NCBI GenBank assembly: GCA_965226495.1
Contig: OZ245365.1
Span: forward strand, 5,529,783 to 5,593,782
Origin: Candidatus Marinacidobacterales bacterium
GTDB taxonomy: Bacteria > Acidobacteriota > Vicinamibacteria > Marinacidobacterales > DATDRI01
DNA length: 64,000 nucleotides
Reading direction: 5' to 3'
Part shown: positions 55,577 to 64,000 of the stretch, one piece after another
Position numbering within the stretch: position 1 is the stretch's first letter
How the letters are laid out: every line of letters starts with the position of its first letter
Position numbers and translations under genes: made by a program
Notes under the pieces: generated by a model
What the model saw: the letters and a program-made list of their open reading frames with translations, nothing else
Databases searched by the model: none
Told to the model about the DNA's origin: nothing

Positions 55577-57253
55577 ATGCCCAAGTCTGCCATCCCTCCC
55601 GACATAGAGATCGCGCAATCGGCCAAGATCCGACCCATCGTGGACGTAGCCTCTGAGCTAGGACTGGCGCCCGAAGACATCGAACCTTACGGCCACTACA
55701 AGGCCAAGGTGCGTCTCGAGGTGTTGGATCGAGCCAAGAAGAAAGCTCGTTTGGTCTTGGTGACCGCTACCAGCCCCACTACAGCGGGGGAGGGGAAAAC
55801 CACCATGACCGTCGGGCTGGCTCAAGCGCTCAGGCGGCTGGGTCACAAGGCGGCGCCGTGCATCCGTGAGCCGAGTCTCGGTCCGCTCTTTGGTATGAAG
55901 GGCGGGGCGGCAGGAGGCGGTTACTCTCAAGTCATCCCGATGGAAGACATCAATCTGCATTTCACCGGTGACTTTCATGCCATTACTTCTGCGCACATGC
56001 TCCTTTCCGCCACCATCGACAACCATCTTCACCAAGGGAACACACTGGGACTGGACCCCCGCCGGATCCCATGGACTCGATGCTTGGACATGAACGACCG
56101 AGCCCTGAGACAGGTCGTGGTTGGGTTGGGCGGCCCGACCGGAGGTGTTCCACGGCAAGAAGAGTATGTCATCACCGCCGCGAGCGAGATCATGGCGATC
56201 CTTTGTTTGTCGACGGACCTTGCCGATCTAGAAAAGAGGCTCGGGAACATCCTCGTGGGCTACAACCAGGAGCGAAAGCCGGTCCGGGCGCGCGAGCTCG
56301 AGGTCCAAGGCGCGATGACGATCCTTCTCAAAGATGCCTTGAAGCCCAACCTGGTACAAACGCTCGAAGGAGGACCCGCCTTTATTCACGGCGGACCCTT
56401 CGGGAATATCGCGCATGGATGTAACTCTATCCTGGGAACTCGAATGGCCATGGCTTTGTCCGACATCGTCGTCACCGAGGCCGGTTTCGGAAGTGATCTG
56501 GGAGCCGAGAAGTTCTGCGATATCAAGTGTCGCGCGGCGGGTCTCACTCCCGACGCTGCGGTCATCGTGACTACGGTAAGAGCACTCAGGTACAACGGTG
56601 GTCAACCGAAGGGTGAGACCGGGGAGAATTCAAAAGCGCTCGAGGCTGGCTTCGCCAACTTGGATAAGCATATCGAAAACGTCGCTACGTTCGGCTTGCC
56701 TGCTATCGTCGCGGTGAATCGCTTCCCCACGGACACCGACGCCGAAATTGAACAAGTGATTACCCACTGCGAGAAGGTCGGCGCCGCCGCGGCAGATGCC
56801 GATATCTTCTCGAGAGGGGGAGAAGGGGGAGAAGCCTTGGCCGAGGCGGTGGTCGAGGTGCTGGAAACTAAGAAGTCCGAATTCCGGTTCGCCTACGAAG
56901 TCGACGAGCCGATCAAAGACAAGGTCCACGCGGTGGCCACCAAGATGTACGGTGCCGACGGTGTCGACTACACCGCCAAAGCGGAGAAAGCGATCGCCGC
57001 TTTAGAGCGAAACAGTCTTTCCAATCTTCCCGTCTGTATCGCCAAGACGCAGTATTCACTCAGCGACGAGCCGACCAGGCTCGGGCGCCCACGAGGTTTC
57101 CGGATCCAAGTGCAAGACGTGATCGCCTCCGCCGGAGCAGGATTCCTAGTCGTGTTGGCAGGGTCGGTGATGAGAATGCCGGGGCTTCCTCGCGTTCCGG
57201 CCGCTACTCAGATGCACATCGGCCCCGATGGAAAAACGGTGGGACTCTCGTAA
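55577..57253 (+). CDS. fhs: Formate--tetrahydrofolate ligase
   Basis: TPTTAGEGKTTMTVGLAQAL (the PxGEGKxT signature). 558 aa. Colinear with FTHFS. Confidence 0.95.
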   Translation: MPKSAIPPDIEIAQSAKIRPIVDVASELGLAPEDIEPYGHYKAKVRLEVLDRAKKKARLVLVTATSPTTAGEGKTTMTVGLAQALRRLGHKAAPCIREPSLGPLFGMKGGAAGGGYSQVIPMEDINLHFTGDFHAITSAHMLLSATIDNHLHQGNTLGLDPRRIPWTRCLDMNDRALRQVVVGLGGPTGGVPRQEEYVITAASEIMAILCLSTDLADLEKRLGNILVGYNQERKPVRARELEVQGAMTILLKDALKPNLVQTLEGGPAFIHGGPFGNIAHGCNSILGTRMAMALSDIVVTEAGFGSDLGAEKFCDIKCRAAGLTPDAAVIVTTVRALRYNGGQPKGETGENSKALEAGFANLDKHIENVATFGLPAIVAVNRFPTDTDAEIEQVITHCEKVGAAAADADIFSRGGEGGEALAEAVVEVLETKKSEFRFAYEVDEPIKDKVHAVATKMYGADGVDYTAKAEKAIAALERNSLSNLPVCIAKTQYSLSDEPTRLGRPRGFRIQVQDVIASAGAGFLVVLAGSVMRMPGLPRVPAATQMHIGPDGKTVGLS

Positions 57254-57279
57254 GAATGAAAGTAGCCTGGGGTCCCGTA

Positions 57280-58488
57280 TCACACACTAGGTCTCTTCAG
57301 AACGCTCCGCTTTCTTTCCGGATCGAAAAAGGGAAGCGGTGCGACTTTGGCAGCCACACGCTTGCGCGCGTACTCAATGGTCATCTCGAGTTCGACGCGC
57401 GTGCCCGGCTTAGCGTGCTCGGACCTGACGCTCGCAAGCGCGATGAACTTCTTCAGAAGCTTTGACCAACAGCTACTGGTTGCCCGACCGACCTGCCGAT
57501 CGTCGACGTAAACGGGAACCGGTTCCCGCGAAGCAACGTTCGACAGTTGCGGGAGCAAACCCACTTCCTCGTGGAGCTTCTCTAGCTCCTCCCACTTGAT
57601 TTCAAGCCCCACGAAGGCGTATGTCGAGCCCTTCTCCTTCTCTTTCTCGAGCGCCTCGCGACCGATGAAGTAGGGCTTGTTGAAATTCACCGCCCATCCC
57701 AGTCCTATTTCGTAAGGAGAAGACTTTTGCGACTCGATGAGAGCCTTCTCGGCGCTAATGAAGTCCACCTCGATGAGCGGATACCCGGCTTCGATGCGAG
57801 CCAGATCCAACGCAAGCATGCCGGCCGGAGTGATACCCCGACCCTTCCCGGCTTCCATCAAGAGATCCCATACCTGCTCGGCGTGATCCCGCGAAACCCA
57901 AACCTCGTACCCCAAATCGCCCGTGAAGCCGGTTCGGCTTACCCAGGTTGGAATGTTTCCCAAATTGGTGCGCGTGATCCAGAAGTACTTTAGATCGGAC
58001 AAATCGGAGCTCGAGAGCTCCATTAAGATCTCTCGCGAGCGCGGCCCTTGAAGAGCGAGCGCGCCCACTTGCTCGGAGAGATCTTCTATCTCCACTTCCA
58101 TTCCTTCGGCGTTCAGCTCGAACCACCGAAGCGTGGGGTCGGCAGCGGTGGCTCGAAAGGTGGTCTCGCCGAGACGCTGAAACGTGCCGTCTTGGATGAC
58201 TTTGCCTTCTCGATCACACCAAGGCACATAAAGGACCTGCCCTACTTTAGCCTTCGCCGCGTTCCTCGTGACGACACGGTTGACAAGCTTTGCCGCATCC
58301 CGGCCACGGATTTCGTATTTGAAGAGCGGAGAGACATCGATGAGGCCCGCGCCGTTCCGCATTGCGTGGTACTCCGGGTCATGAAAATCGTCGTAAGAGC
58401 TGGGAGCGAAGTACCCGGACCAATGACGCCAGTTCATACTGGTGCAGAGCACGGAAGTCCGAGAATGAAAGGGCGTTCCTACGGCCAT
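57280..58488 (-). CDS. Aminomethyltransferase-family (GcvT-like) protein
   Basis: GcvT-family fold (…YHAMRNGAGLIDVSPLFKYEIRGRDAAKLVNRVVT...GFTGDLGYEVWV...). 402 aa. Convergent with fhs. Confidence 0.78.
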   Translation of the reverse strand: MAVGTPFHSRTSVLCTSMNWRHWSGYFAPSSYDDFHDPEYHAMRNGAGLIDVSPLFKYEIRGRDAAKLVNRVVTRNAAKAKVGQVLYVPWCDREGKVIQDGTFQRLGETTFRATAADPTLRWFELNAEGMEVEIEDLSEQVGALALQGPRSREILMELSSSDLSDLKYFWITRTNLGNIPTWVSRTGFTGDLGYEVWVSRDHAEQVWDLLMEAGKGRGITPAGMLALDLARIEAGYPLIEVDFISAEKALIESQKSSPYEIGLGWAVNFNKPYFIGREALEKEKEKGSTYAFVGLEIKWEELEKLHEEVGLLPQLSNVASREPVPVYVDDRQVGRATSSCWSKLLKKFIALASVRSEHAKPGTRVELEMTIEYARKRVAAKVAPLPFFDPERKRSVLKRPSV

Positions 58489-58659
58489 GATGCCCTGGCT
58501 TGGAAGGTGGTCATAGAAAACTCCTCGTGGTCGGCAGTCTAGGTAGCCGCTTTTTTCGCGTCAACTCTACTACCTTATTACTATTGCCCATGCTATTCTC
58601 TTGGACCGCGTACCACAATGCAACCAGCGGTTCCATAATGTGGTTCGGATCGACCGGGT

Positions 58660-60246
58660 ATGGCAAAAAGCTACGACGTCATCGTCATCGGTGCGGGACA
58701 CAACGGCTTGGTGCACGCGGCCTATCTCGCAAAAGCCGGCAAGAAAGTTCTGGTGTTGGAACGTCGGCATCTCGTCGGCGGCGCCACCGTCACCGAGGAG
58801 ATCTACCCCGGTTTCAAGTACTCGGTTTGCTCCTACGTCGTGAGCCTTCTCCGACCGGAAATCATCGAAGACCTGGACCTTGCTAGCCACGGACTTCAGC
58901 TTCTTTCTCTCGACGGCACCTTCACTCCTCTTCCTAACGGCGACTACCTCGCCCGTTGGGGTGATCATGATAAGACGCGCCAAGAGCTGATCCGTCACTC
59001 CCGAAAGGACGCCGAGGCTTACGACCAGTTCGGAACGTTGATGTACCACCTTTCGCGGGCAGTTCGGTCCATGCTTTCCACGGTGCCTCCCGATCCCACC
59101 TCTTTCAAACCGTCCGATCTCGCCGGACTTGCACGAATCGGACATCAATTTCACGGCCTGGGAGAGGAGCGTCTCTACGATCTCACCAAGCTCATGACGA
59201 TGAGCTCCGTCGATTTCCTCGACGAATGGTTCGAGTACGAGCCGTTGAAGGCGACTATGGCTGCGAGCGGTATCATCGGTACGTTTCTCGGTCCCCGCTC
59301 GCCGGGAACGGCCTACGTCCTCCTCCATCACTACATGGGGGAGATCGACGGTGTCTTTCGTTCTTGGGGATTTCCGCGGGGGGGCATGGGTTCGGTCGCC
59401 GAGTCCATCGCTTCGTCGGCGAGAAGCCTCGGCGCTGAAGTTCGCACCGAAGCTCCCATCGCTCGTCTCCTCGTCAAGAATGGCAAGGCAGAAGGCGTGG
59501 TGCTCGAAAGCGGTGAGGAGATCCGTGCGCGAGCCGTCGCCTCGAGCCTGGATCCCAAGCGGACCTTCTTGAAACTGATCGAACCGAGCGATCTTGACTC
59601 CGATTTCGCGGAATCCGTACGTCGCTTCAAGATTCGTGGCTCTTCTGGAAAAGTGAACCTGGCGCTCGACGAGCTTCCCAACTTCACCTGTTTGCCTGGC
59701 GACGGCCCGCATCTCCGCGGATCGATCTCCATCAGTCCGAGCATCGACTACTTAGAGGAAGCCTACGACGACGCCAAGTACGGAGATTTTTCGAGAAAAC
59801 CGTACATGGACATCCTCATTCCCTCTGTAATCGATCCATCGATGGCCCCACCGGGAAAGCATGTGATGTCGATCTTCGTGCAATACGCCCCCTACCATTT
59901 GAAGGAAGGTACTTGGGAGGAAAAACGCGAAGCGTTCGGTGACGCCGTCGTGAATACGCTCAGTGAGTACGCGCCTAATCTAAAGAACTCCATTCTTCAT
60001 CGACAAGTGCTCACGCCTTGGGATCTCGAGCAGAAGATCGGGCTCACCGAAGGGAATATCTTTCATGGCGAGTTGACTATGGATCAACTCTTTTTCCTCC
60101 GACCCGTCCCCGGTTGGGCGAAGTATCGCACCCCTATTCGCAACTTCTATCTCTGCGGATCGGGAGCTCACCCAGGTGGGGGCGTGATGGGCTCACCGGG
60201 TAAGCTCGCCGCCCAAGAATTGCTAAAGGATTGGGAAAGCCTGTAG
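58660..60246 (+). CDS. FAD-dependent oxidoreductase, phytoene-desaturase (CrtI) family, paralog 1
   Basis: MAKSYDVIVIGAGHNGLVHAAYLAKAGKKVLVLERRHLVGGATVTEE (Rossmann GxGxxG) and the CrtI-family C-terminus ...GSGAHPGGGVMGSPG. Confidence 0.8.
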   Translation: MAKSYDVIVIGAGHNGLVHAAYLAKAGKKVLVLERRHLVGGATVTEEIYPGFKYSVCSYVVSLLRPEIIEDLDLASHGLQLLSLDGTFTPLPNGDYLARWGDHDKTRQELIRHSRKDAEAYDQFGTLMYHLSRAVRSMLSTVPPDPTSFKPSDLAGLARIGHQFHGLGEERLYDLTKLMTMSSVDFLDEWFEYEPLKATMAASGIIGTFLGPRSPGTAYVLLHHYMGEIDGVFRSWGFPRGGMGSVAESIASSARSLGAEVRTEAPIARLLVKNGKAEGVVLESGEEIRARAVASSLDPKRTFLKLIEPSDLDSDFAESVRRFKIRGSSGKVNLALDELPNFTCLPGDGPHLRGSISISPSIDYLEEAYDDAKYGDFSRKPYMDILIPSVIDPSMAPPGKHVMSIFVQYAPYHLKEGTWEEKREAFGDAVVNTLSEYAPNLKNSILHRQVLTPWDLEQKIGLTEGNIFHGELTMDQLFFLRPVPGWAKYRTPIRNFYLCGSGAHPGGGVMGSPGKLAAQELLKDWESL

Positions 60247-60447
60247 CAACTATGTGTGTTGATCGCCCCAGGGTCCCAGTGAACTACCGTCCCCGCCGGA
60301 GGGCAACGTGGCCAAGACGGCCCGGCAGGGCCGCCGGCCGGGAGGAATTGACTCATGAATTACACGGTCAAGGGAACCGGCCGGGTTTTTCGCCCGAGCG
60401 AAGCCTTGAAACGATGTCGTAGTCGCGAAGTCGACGGAGCATCAAGG

Positions 60448-60470
60448 CTTGGGGGTGGGGCCCCACTCGC
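60448..60470. repeat. Copy 4 of the GTGGGGGTGGGGCCCC motif (cttGGGGGTGGGGCCCCactcgc), preceded by gcgaagtcgacgg
   Basis: Shares the palindromic core GTGGGGCCCCAC and the upstream GCGAAG..CGACGG flank with the other three copies. Confidence 0.55.
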
Positions 60471-60500
60471 ATTAATCAAAGATTGGGAAGGCCTGTAGCC

Positions 60501-62108
60501 GTGAGCACGAACCACGATGTCATTATTATCGGCGCAGGACACAACGGCCTCGTCACCGCGGCCTACCTAGCCAAGGCCGGCAAGAAGGTCCTGGTCCTCG
60601 AGCGACGAGACATTGTCGGCGGTTCGGTGGTCACCGAGAAGTTCGCGCCCGGCTTCAAGGCCTCCCCGACGACGGACCTGTGTGGTCTTCTTCTTCCCCA
60701 GGTTGTCCGTGAGTTGGATCTAAAGAGTCACGGTCTCGAGCTTCTTCCCGTGAACCCCGCAGTTTTTCTACCTCTTGAAGACGGTAGTCATCTCACGATC
60801 TGGCGCGAACGAGAGAAGACGCTCCGCGAGATCGAGCGTCACTCGTCTGCCGATGCGAAGGCGTATCCGCGTTTCGCCAAGCTCGTTCAGAGCCTCACGT
60901 CGTTCATGCGACCCCAGCTTTCGCGCCCCGCGCCGAAACCCGGCAGCGGGAGCCCAGGTGACCTCTTGGAGTTATTGAGGCTCGGATGGGGTATGCGAAG
61001 TCTGGGTGCCAACGACATGCATCAACTTCTCCGCGTCCTGCCGATGTCGGTAGCGGACTGGGTCAATGAGTGGTTCGAAGGAGATGGCTTGAAGGCAGCG
61101 TTGGTAGCACGCGGCATCGGCGGCGTGTTTCTGAGCCCCCGAGACGCGGGCAGCGCCGCCGTCTTCCTCTACCACCATCTGGGACGACCGGATTGGCCTC
61201 TCGTGTCTTGGGGATTTCCTCGTGGCGGCATGGGCGGCGTGACCCAGGCGCTTGCAAGGGCTGCTAAAGCGGCGGGCGTCGAGGTTCGCACCGGCACCTC
61301 TGTCGCCCACGTCATCTTGAAGAACGGTCGAGCCACCGGCGTCGCCCTCGATAACGGAGATGAGCTCACGTCTAGACTCGTCGTTTCCAATGCCGATCCG
61401 CACACCACGTTCCTGAAACTCGTCGAGCCCCATGAGCTCGAAACCGAGTTCATCGGTCGTGTCAAGGCCATTCGTTACCGAGGCGTCGTCGCCAAGATCA
61501 ACATGGCCGTTTCCGAGCTCCCTAATTTCTCTTGTCTTCCGGGCAAGGAGCCTGCCGCTCATCATCAAGGCCTGATCCAGATCGGAGCCGAGATCGATTA
61601 CTTGGAGCGCGCTTTCGACGACGCGAAGTACGGTCGCTTCTCGTCCAAGCCCTTCCTTCAGGCAACGATACCGTCATTGACTGATCCCAATCTAGCCCCT
61701 TCCGGACAGCACGTCGTGTCGGTTCTCATGCAGTACGCTCCCTACCATCTCCGTGAAGGGACCTGGGACAATCGAAGAGAAGAGCTAGGTGACGTGGTGG
61801 TCGACACACTGAACGCGTACGCTCCGAACTTGAGGCAATCGATTCTCCATCGTGAGGTACTGACGCCGCTGGACTTCGAAACAAGGTTTGGATTGACAGA
61901 AGGTAATCTCCATCAAGGAGATCTCGCTCTCGACCAATTTCTTTTCATGAGGCCGGTGCCCGGCTGGGCACGCTACCGGACTCCCGTTCCCAACCTCTAC
62001 CTCTGCGGTGCTGCAACTCACCCCGGCGGTGGCGTCAGCGGTGCCCCCGGCTACAATGCTAGCCGTCAGATCTTGAAAGACTGGGGAACGATCGAAGCGA
62101 ACCGCTGA
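60501..62108 (+). CDS. FAD-dependent oxidoreductase, CrtI family, paralog 2 (tandem duplicate)
   Basis: VSTNHDVIIIGAGHNGLVTAAYLAKAGKKVLVLERRDIVGGSVVTEK. Roughly 55-60% identical by eye to paralog 1 along its full length. GTG 60501 is preferred over the track TTG 60483. Confidence 0.8.
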   Translation: MSTNHDVIIIGAGHNGLVTAAYLAKAGKKVLVLERRDIVGGSVVTEKFAPGFKASPTTDLCGLLLPQVVRELDLKSHGLELLPVNPAVFLPLEDGSHLTIWREREKTLREIERHSSADAKAYPRFAKLVQSLTSFMRPQLSRPAPKPGSGSPGDLLELLRLGWGMRSLGANDMHQLLRVLPMSVADWVNEWFEGDGLKAALVARGIGGVFLSPRDAGSAAVFLYHHLGRPDWPLVSWGFPRGGMGGVTQALARAAKAAGVEVRTGTSVAHVILKNGRATGVALDNGDELTSRLVVSNADPHTTFLKLVEPHELETEFIGRVKAIRYRGVVAKINMAVSELPNFSCLPGKEPAAHHQGLIQIGAEIDYLERAFDDAKYGRFSSKPFLQATIPSLTDPNLAPSGQHVVSVLMQYAPYHLREGTWDNRREELGDVVVDTLNAYAPNLRQSILHREVLTPLDFETRFGLTEGNLHQGDLALDQFLFMRPVPGWARYRTPVPNLYLCGAATHPGGGVSGAPGYNASRQILKDWGTIEANR

Positions 62109-62118
62109 GGTCCTGAAC

Positions 62119-62830
62119 ATGCGTAAGCTTCTACTCGCCTTTCTCTTTCGGCGATGGTCGCGTACGCTCAGGAATACGATTCGAGCCTTCCTACTCCCGA
62201 GTCGGTGCTTGGATCTCGGCTCGGTGCCCAGGTCACCGACCACGCCGGCATGGAGCGGTACCTGGCCGCGCTCGCCCAAGCCTCACCGCGTATCGTCTAC
62301 GGCGCCTACGGATCGGATTACGAAAACCGAGAGCTTCGCTACCTCGTCGTCTCGAGCGAAGAGAACATAGGACGCCTGGACGACATCAAATCTGCGAACA
62401 ACCGCCTGACCGACCCCAGAACACTTTCCGTCGGAGATGCTTCGTCTCTCATCGAGAAGACACCGGTAACGGTGTGGCTCAACTGCAGCACGGATGGAAA
62501 CGAGACCGCAGGTTTGGAATCGGCGCTCATGATGGCCTACTACCTCGCATCGGCGACGGACATCGAGACGAAGAACCTGCTCGAAGGGGCGGTGGTCGTT
62601 CTCACTCCCCTCATGAACCCGAGCTCCCGCGGGCCCCACCGGTAATCCCGATGCACAATCCTCCGTGGGGCATCCTGACCAACAATAACCATTACCTCGT
62701 CGACCTCAATCGAGAATCGATCCGGGCAACACAGAAAGAATCGGCAGCGCTCCGCGACTTTTACTACGAATGGAACCCGATGGTCTTCATCGACCTCCAC
62801 GGGCTCCTCCATGGGTCGTCGACCGCCTTC
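62119..62830 (+). pseudogene. M14-family carboxypeptidase remnant (signal-peptide frameshift, internal frameshift near 62640, truncated after the IDLHG region)
   Basis: MRKLLLAFLF(shift)AMVAYAQEYDSS...GMERYLAALAQASPRIVYGAYGSDYENRELRYLVV...VWLNCSTDGNETAGLESALMMAYYLAS...VVLTPLMNP then (shift) ...HYLVDLNRE...WNPMVFIDLHG. This matches the M14 order (W.D...H..EW, NPDG, DLNRN, His196). It ends abruptly and abuts S9 sequence. Confidence 0.5.
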
Positions 62831-64000
62831 AATTCAAGCAAGACTACATCGGCTACCTGGATCGTCGCCGTACGCATCTCTACGTTTTGAACGTCGACAC
62901 CGGAAAGCAAACGCAGCTTACCTTCGGCGACTACGACGACTCGCAGCCTGCCTGGTCGCCCGACGGCCAGCGGATCGCGTTTGTGAGCAACCGCACCGAA
63001 GAACCCGACATCAACTACAACACCGACATATGGGTCGTGGATGTCGACCGCCCGGCCGAGCCTGCCAAGCCTGCTAAAGAAGGCAAGCTCACCCAGATCA
63101 CAACCAACCCCGGACCCGATCGCTCGCCGGCTTGGAGCCCCGATGGCCAGTCCATCTATTTTCTTCTCGAGGATAGTGGCGAATTGAACCTGGCGAGCAT
63201 TTCGGCCGGTGGAGGTTCGGTGGCGCGTATCGTCCAATGACCTCGCGTCGTCAACACGTACTCTCTAGGGGCGAGGCGGGGCAGTCGTCGCGCTCGTCAG
63301 CGAGACTCATTTCACACCAGAGGTGTTCACACTCAAGGACGGGAAACTCGAGCAGATCACCCACGCCAACCGCGACCTTTTGGCCGAAGTTCGCCTTGGC
63401 GAAACCGAGAACATCCACTTCAAGAGCAAAGACGGTACCCACATCGAGGGCTTTATTACCAAACCTCCCGACTTTCAGCAGGGCACGCGTTATCCCACAC
63501 TTCTTCGCATCCACGGGGGGCCGATTTCGCAATACGATTTTGGATTCAGTTTCGACGCACAGCTCTTCGCGGCCAACGGCTATGTCGTGGTCCGAACCAA
63601 TCCGCGAGGGATCCTCGGGCTATGGTCAGACCTTCTCGCTCGGAATCTGGCAGAGCTGGGGGGAGAAAGATTCTGAGGATGTGCTAGCAGGTGTTGACTA
63701 CGCGATCGAGCAGGGCTACGCCGATCCTGAACGGCTCGGTGTCGGGGGTTGGTCGTACGGCGGCATTCTGACCAACCACGTCATTACCCGAACCGATCGG
63801 TGCAAGACGGCGATCACCGGAGCCAGCGAGACCCTTTACATCGTCAACTACGGGCACGACATTTATCAGCGGTGGTGGGAGCGCGAGCTAGGACTTCCTT
63901 GAAAGAACCGGGAACTGTGGGAGAAGATGTCTCCGTTCAACAACGTCGAGAAAATCGTCACCCCCACCCTCATCATGGGCGGCGAGAAGGACTGGAACGT
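62770..64000 (+). pseudogene. S9-family peptidase paralog, 5'-truncated, with at least 3 frameshifts; runs off the window end
   Basis: Frame a: ...YVLNVDTGKQTQLTFGDYDDSQPAWSPDGQRIAFVSNR...SPAWSPDGQSIYF...IVQ*. Frame b: ETHFTPEVFTLKDGKLEQITHANRDL...LLRIHGGPISQYDFGFSFDAQLFAANGYVVVRTNPRG. Frame c: SSGYGQTFSLGIWQSWGEKDSEDVLAGVDYAIEQGYADPERLGVGGWSYGGILTNHVI...ELGLP*. Then KNRELWEKMSPFNNVEKIVTPTLIMGGEKD. Same architecture as the intact S9 at 33629-35638. Confidence 0.6.

Noticed and set aside
60483-60500. TTG start at 60483 for CrtI paralog 2
   Set aside because: The six extra codons (MGRPVA) derive from the out-of-frame relic of the upstream gene's 3' end. GTG 60501 gives an N-terminus aligned with paralog 1 (MAKSYDVIVIGAG / VSTNHDVIIIGAG).

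Overview
This is a GC-rich bacterial chromosomal segment (I estimate about 60-65% GC by eye; I cannot compute it). The gene content looks like an Acidobacteria-type soil bacterium: ADOP duplicated FtsX permease, CarboxypepD_reg-type TonB receptor, DUF2911-like and CRTAC1/ASPIC-like proteins. Pfam/DUF names throughout are recalled from memory and are not database results.

Housekeeping genes:
- purM, partial at the window start
- carB and carA
- thiO-like FAD oxidase and a rhomboid protease
- tadA and tRNA-Ser(CGA)
- fhs

Accessory blocks I can support:
- An SNF2 helicase plus SWIM zinc-finger gene pair directly next to the tRNA-Ser 3' end.
- A blaI-like repressor, an M56 (BlaR1-type) protease fused to about nine HEAT repeats, a secreted HExxH...E metallopeptidase and an ADOP permease, apparently one operon. 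Three TGCT-N8-AGCA palindromes sit upstream.
- An ArsR/SRPBCC regulator with a perfect palindrome in its promoter.
- A TonB-dependent receptor split by an IS30-family insertion sequence.
- hutF-hutI translationally coupled to a peptide-deformylase paralog.
- An amidinotransferase-fold gene and an intact S9 peptidase, flanked by decayed remnants of a D-aminoacylase-like amidohydrolase, a gamma-glutamyltranspeptidase and an agmatinase/arginase-family gene.
- A sulfatase-like/TPR fusion with a Thr where the formylglycine Cys/Ser is expected.
- A Cys/Met-metabolism PLP enzyme, a CRTAC1-like FG-GAP protein, an IclR regulator, an MTHFR fragment, a crotonyl-CoA reductase-like gene, a DUF4212-like small subunit with a Na+/solute symporter, and an interrupted serine hydrolase.
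- A one-carbon/demethylation cluster: two GcvT-family genes, a Rieske oxygenase, a Tat-signal sarcosine-oxidase-like FAD enzyme and Fhs.
- A DUF1326/DUF2182-like pair.
- Two tandem CrtI-family oxidoreductase paralogs, then an M14 remnant fused to a multiply frameshifted S9 peptidase paralog.

A roughly 35-bp GC-rich motif (core GTGGGGGTGGGGCCCCGCG) recurs four times in intergenic DNA.

Many genes carry frameshifts, premature stops or deletions, while all long housekeeping ORFs (carB, SNF2, ADOP, M56-HEAT, S9) are intact. That points to genuine local gene decay, but localized sequencing error cannot be excluded from sequence alone.

I found no CRISPR array and no rRNA.
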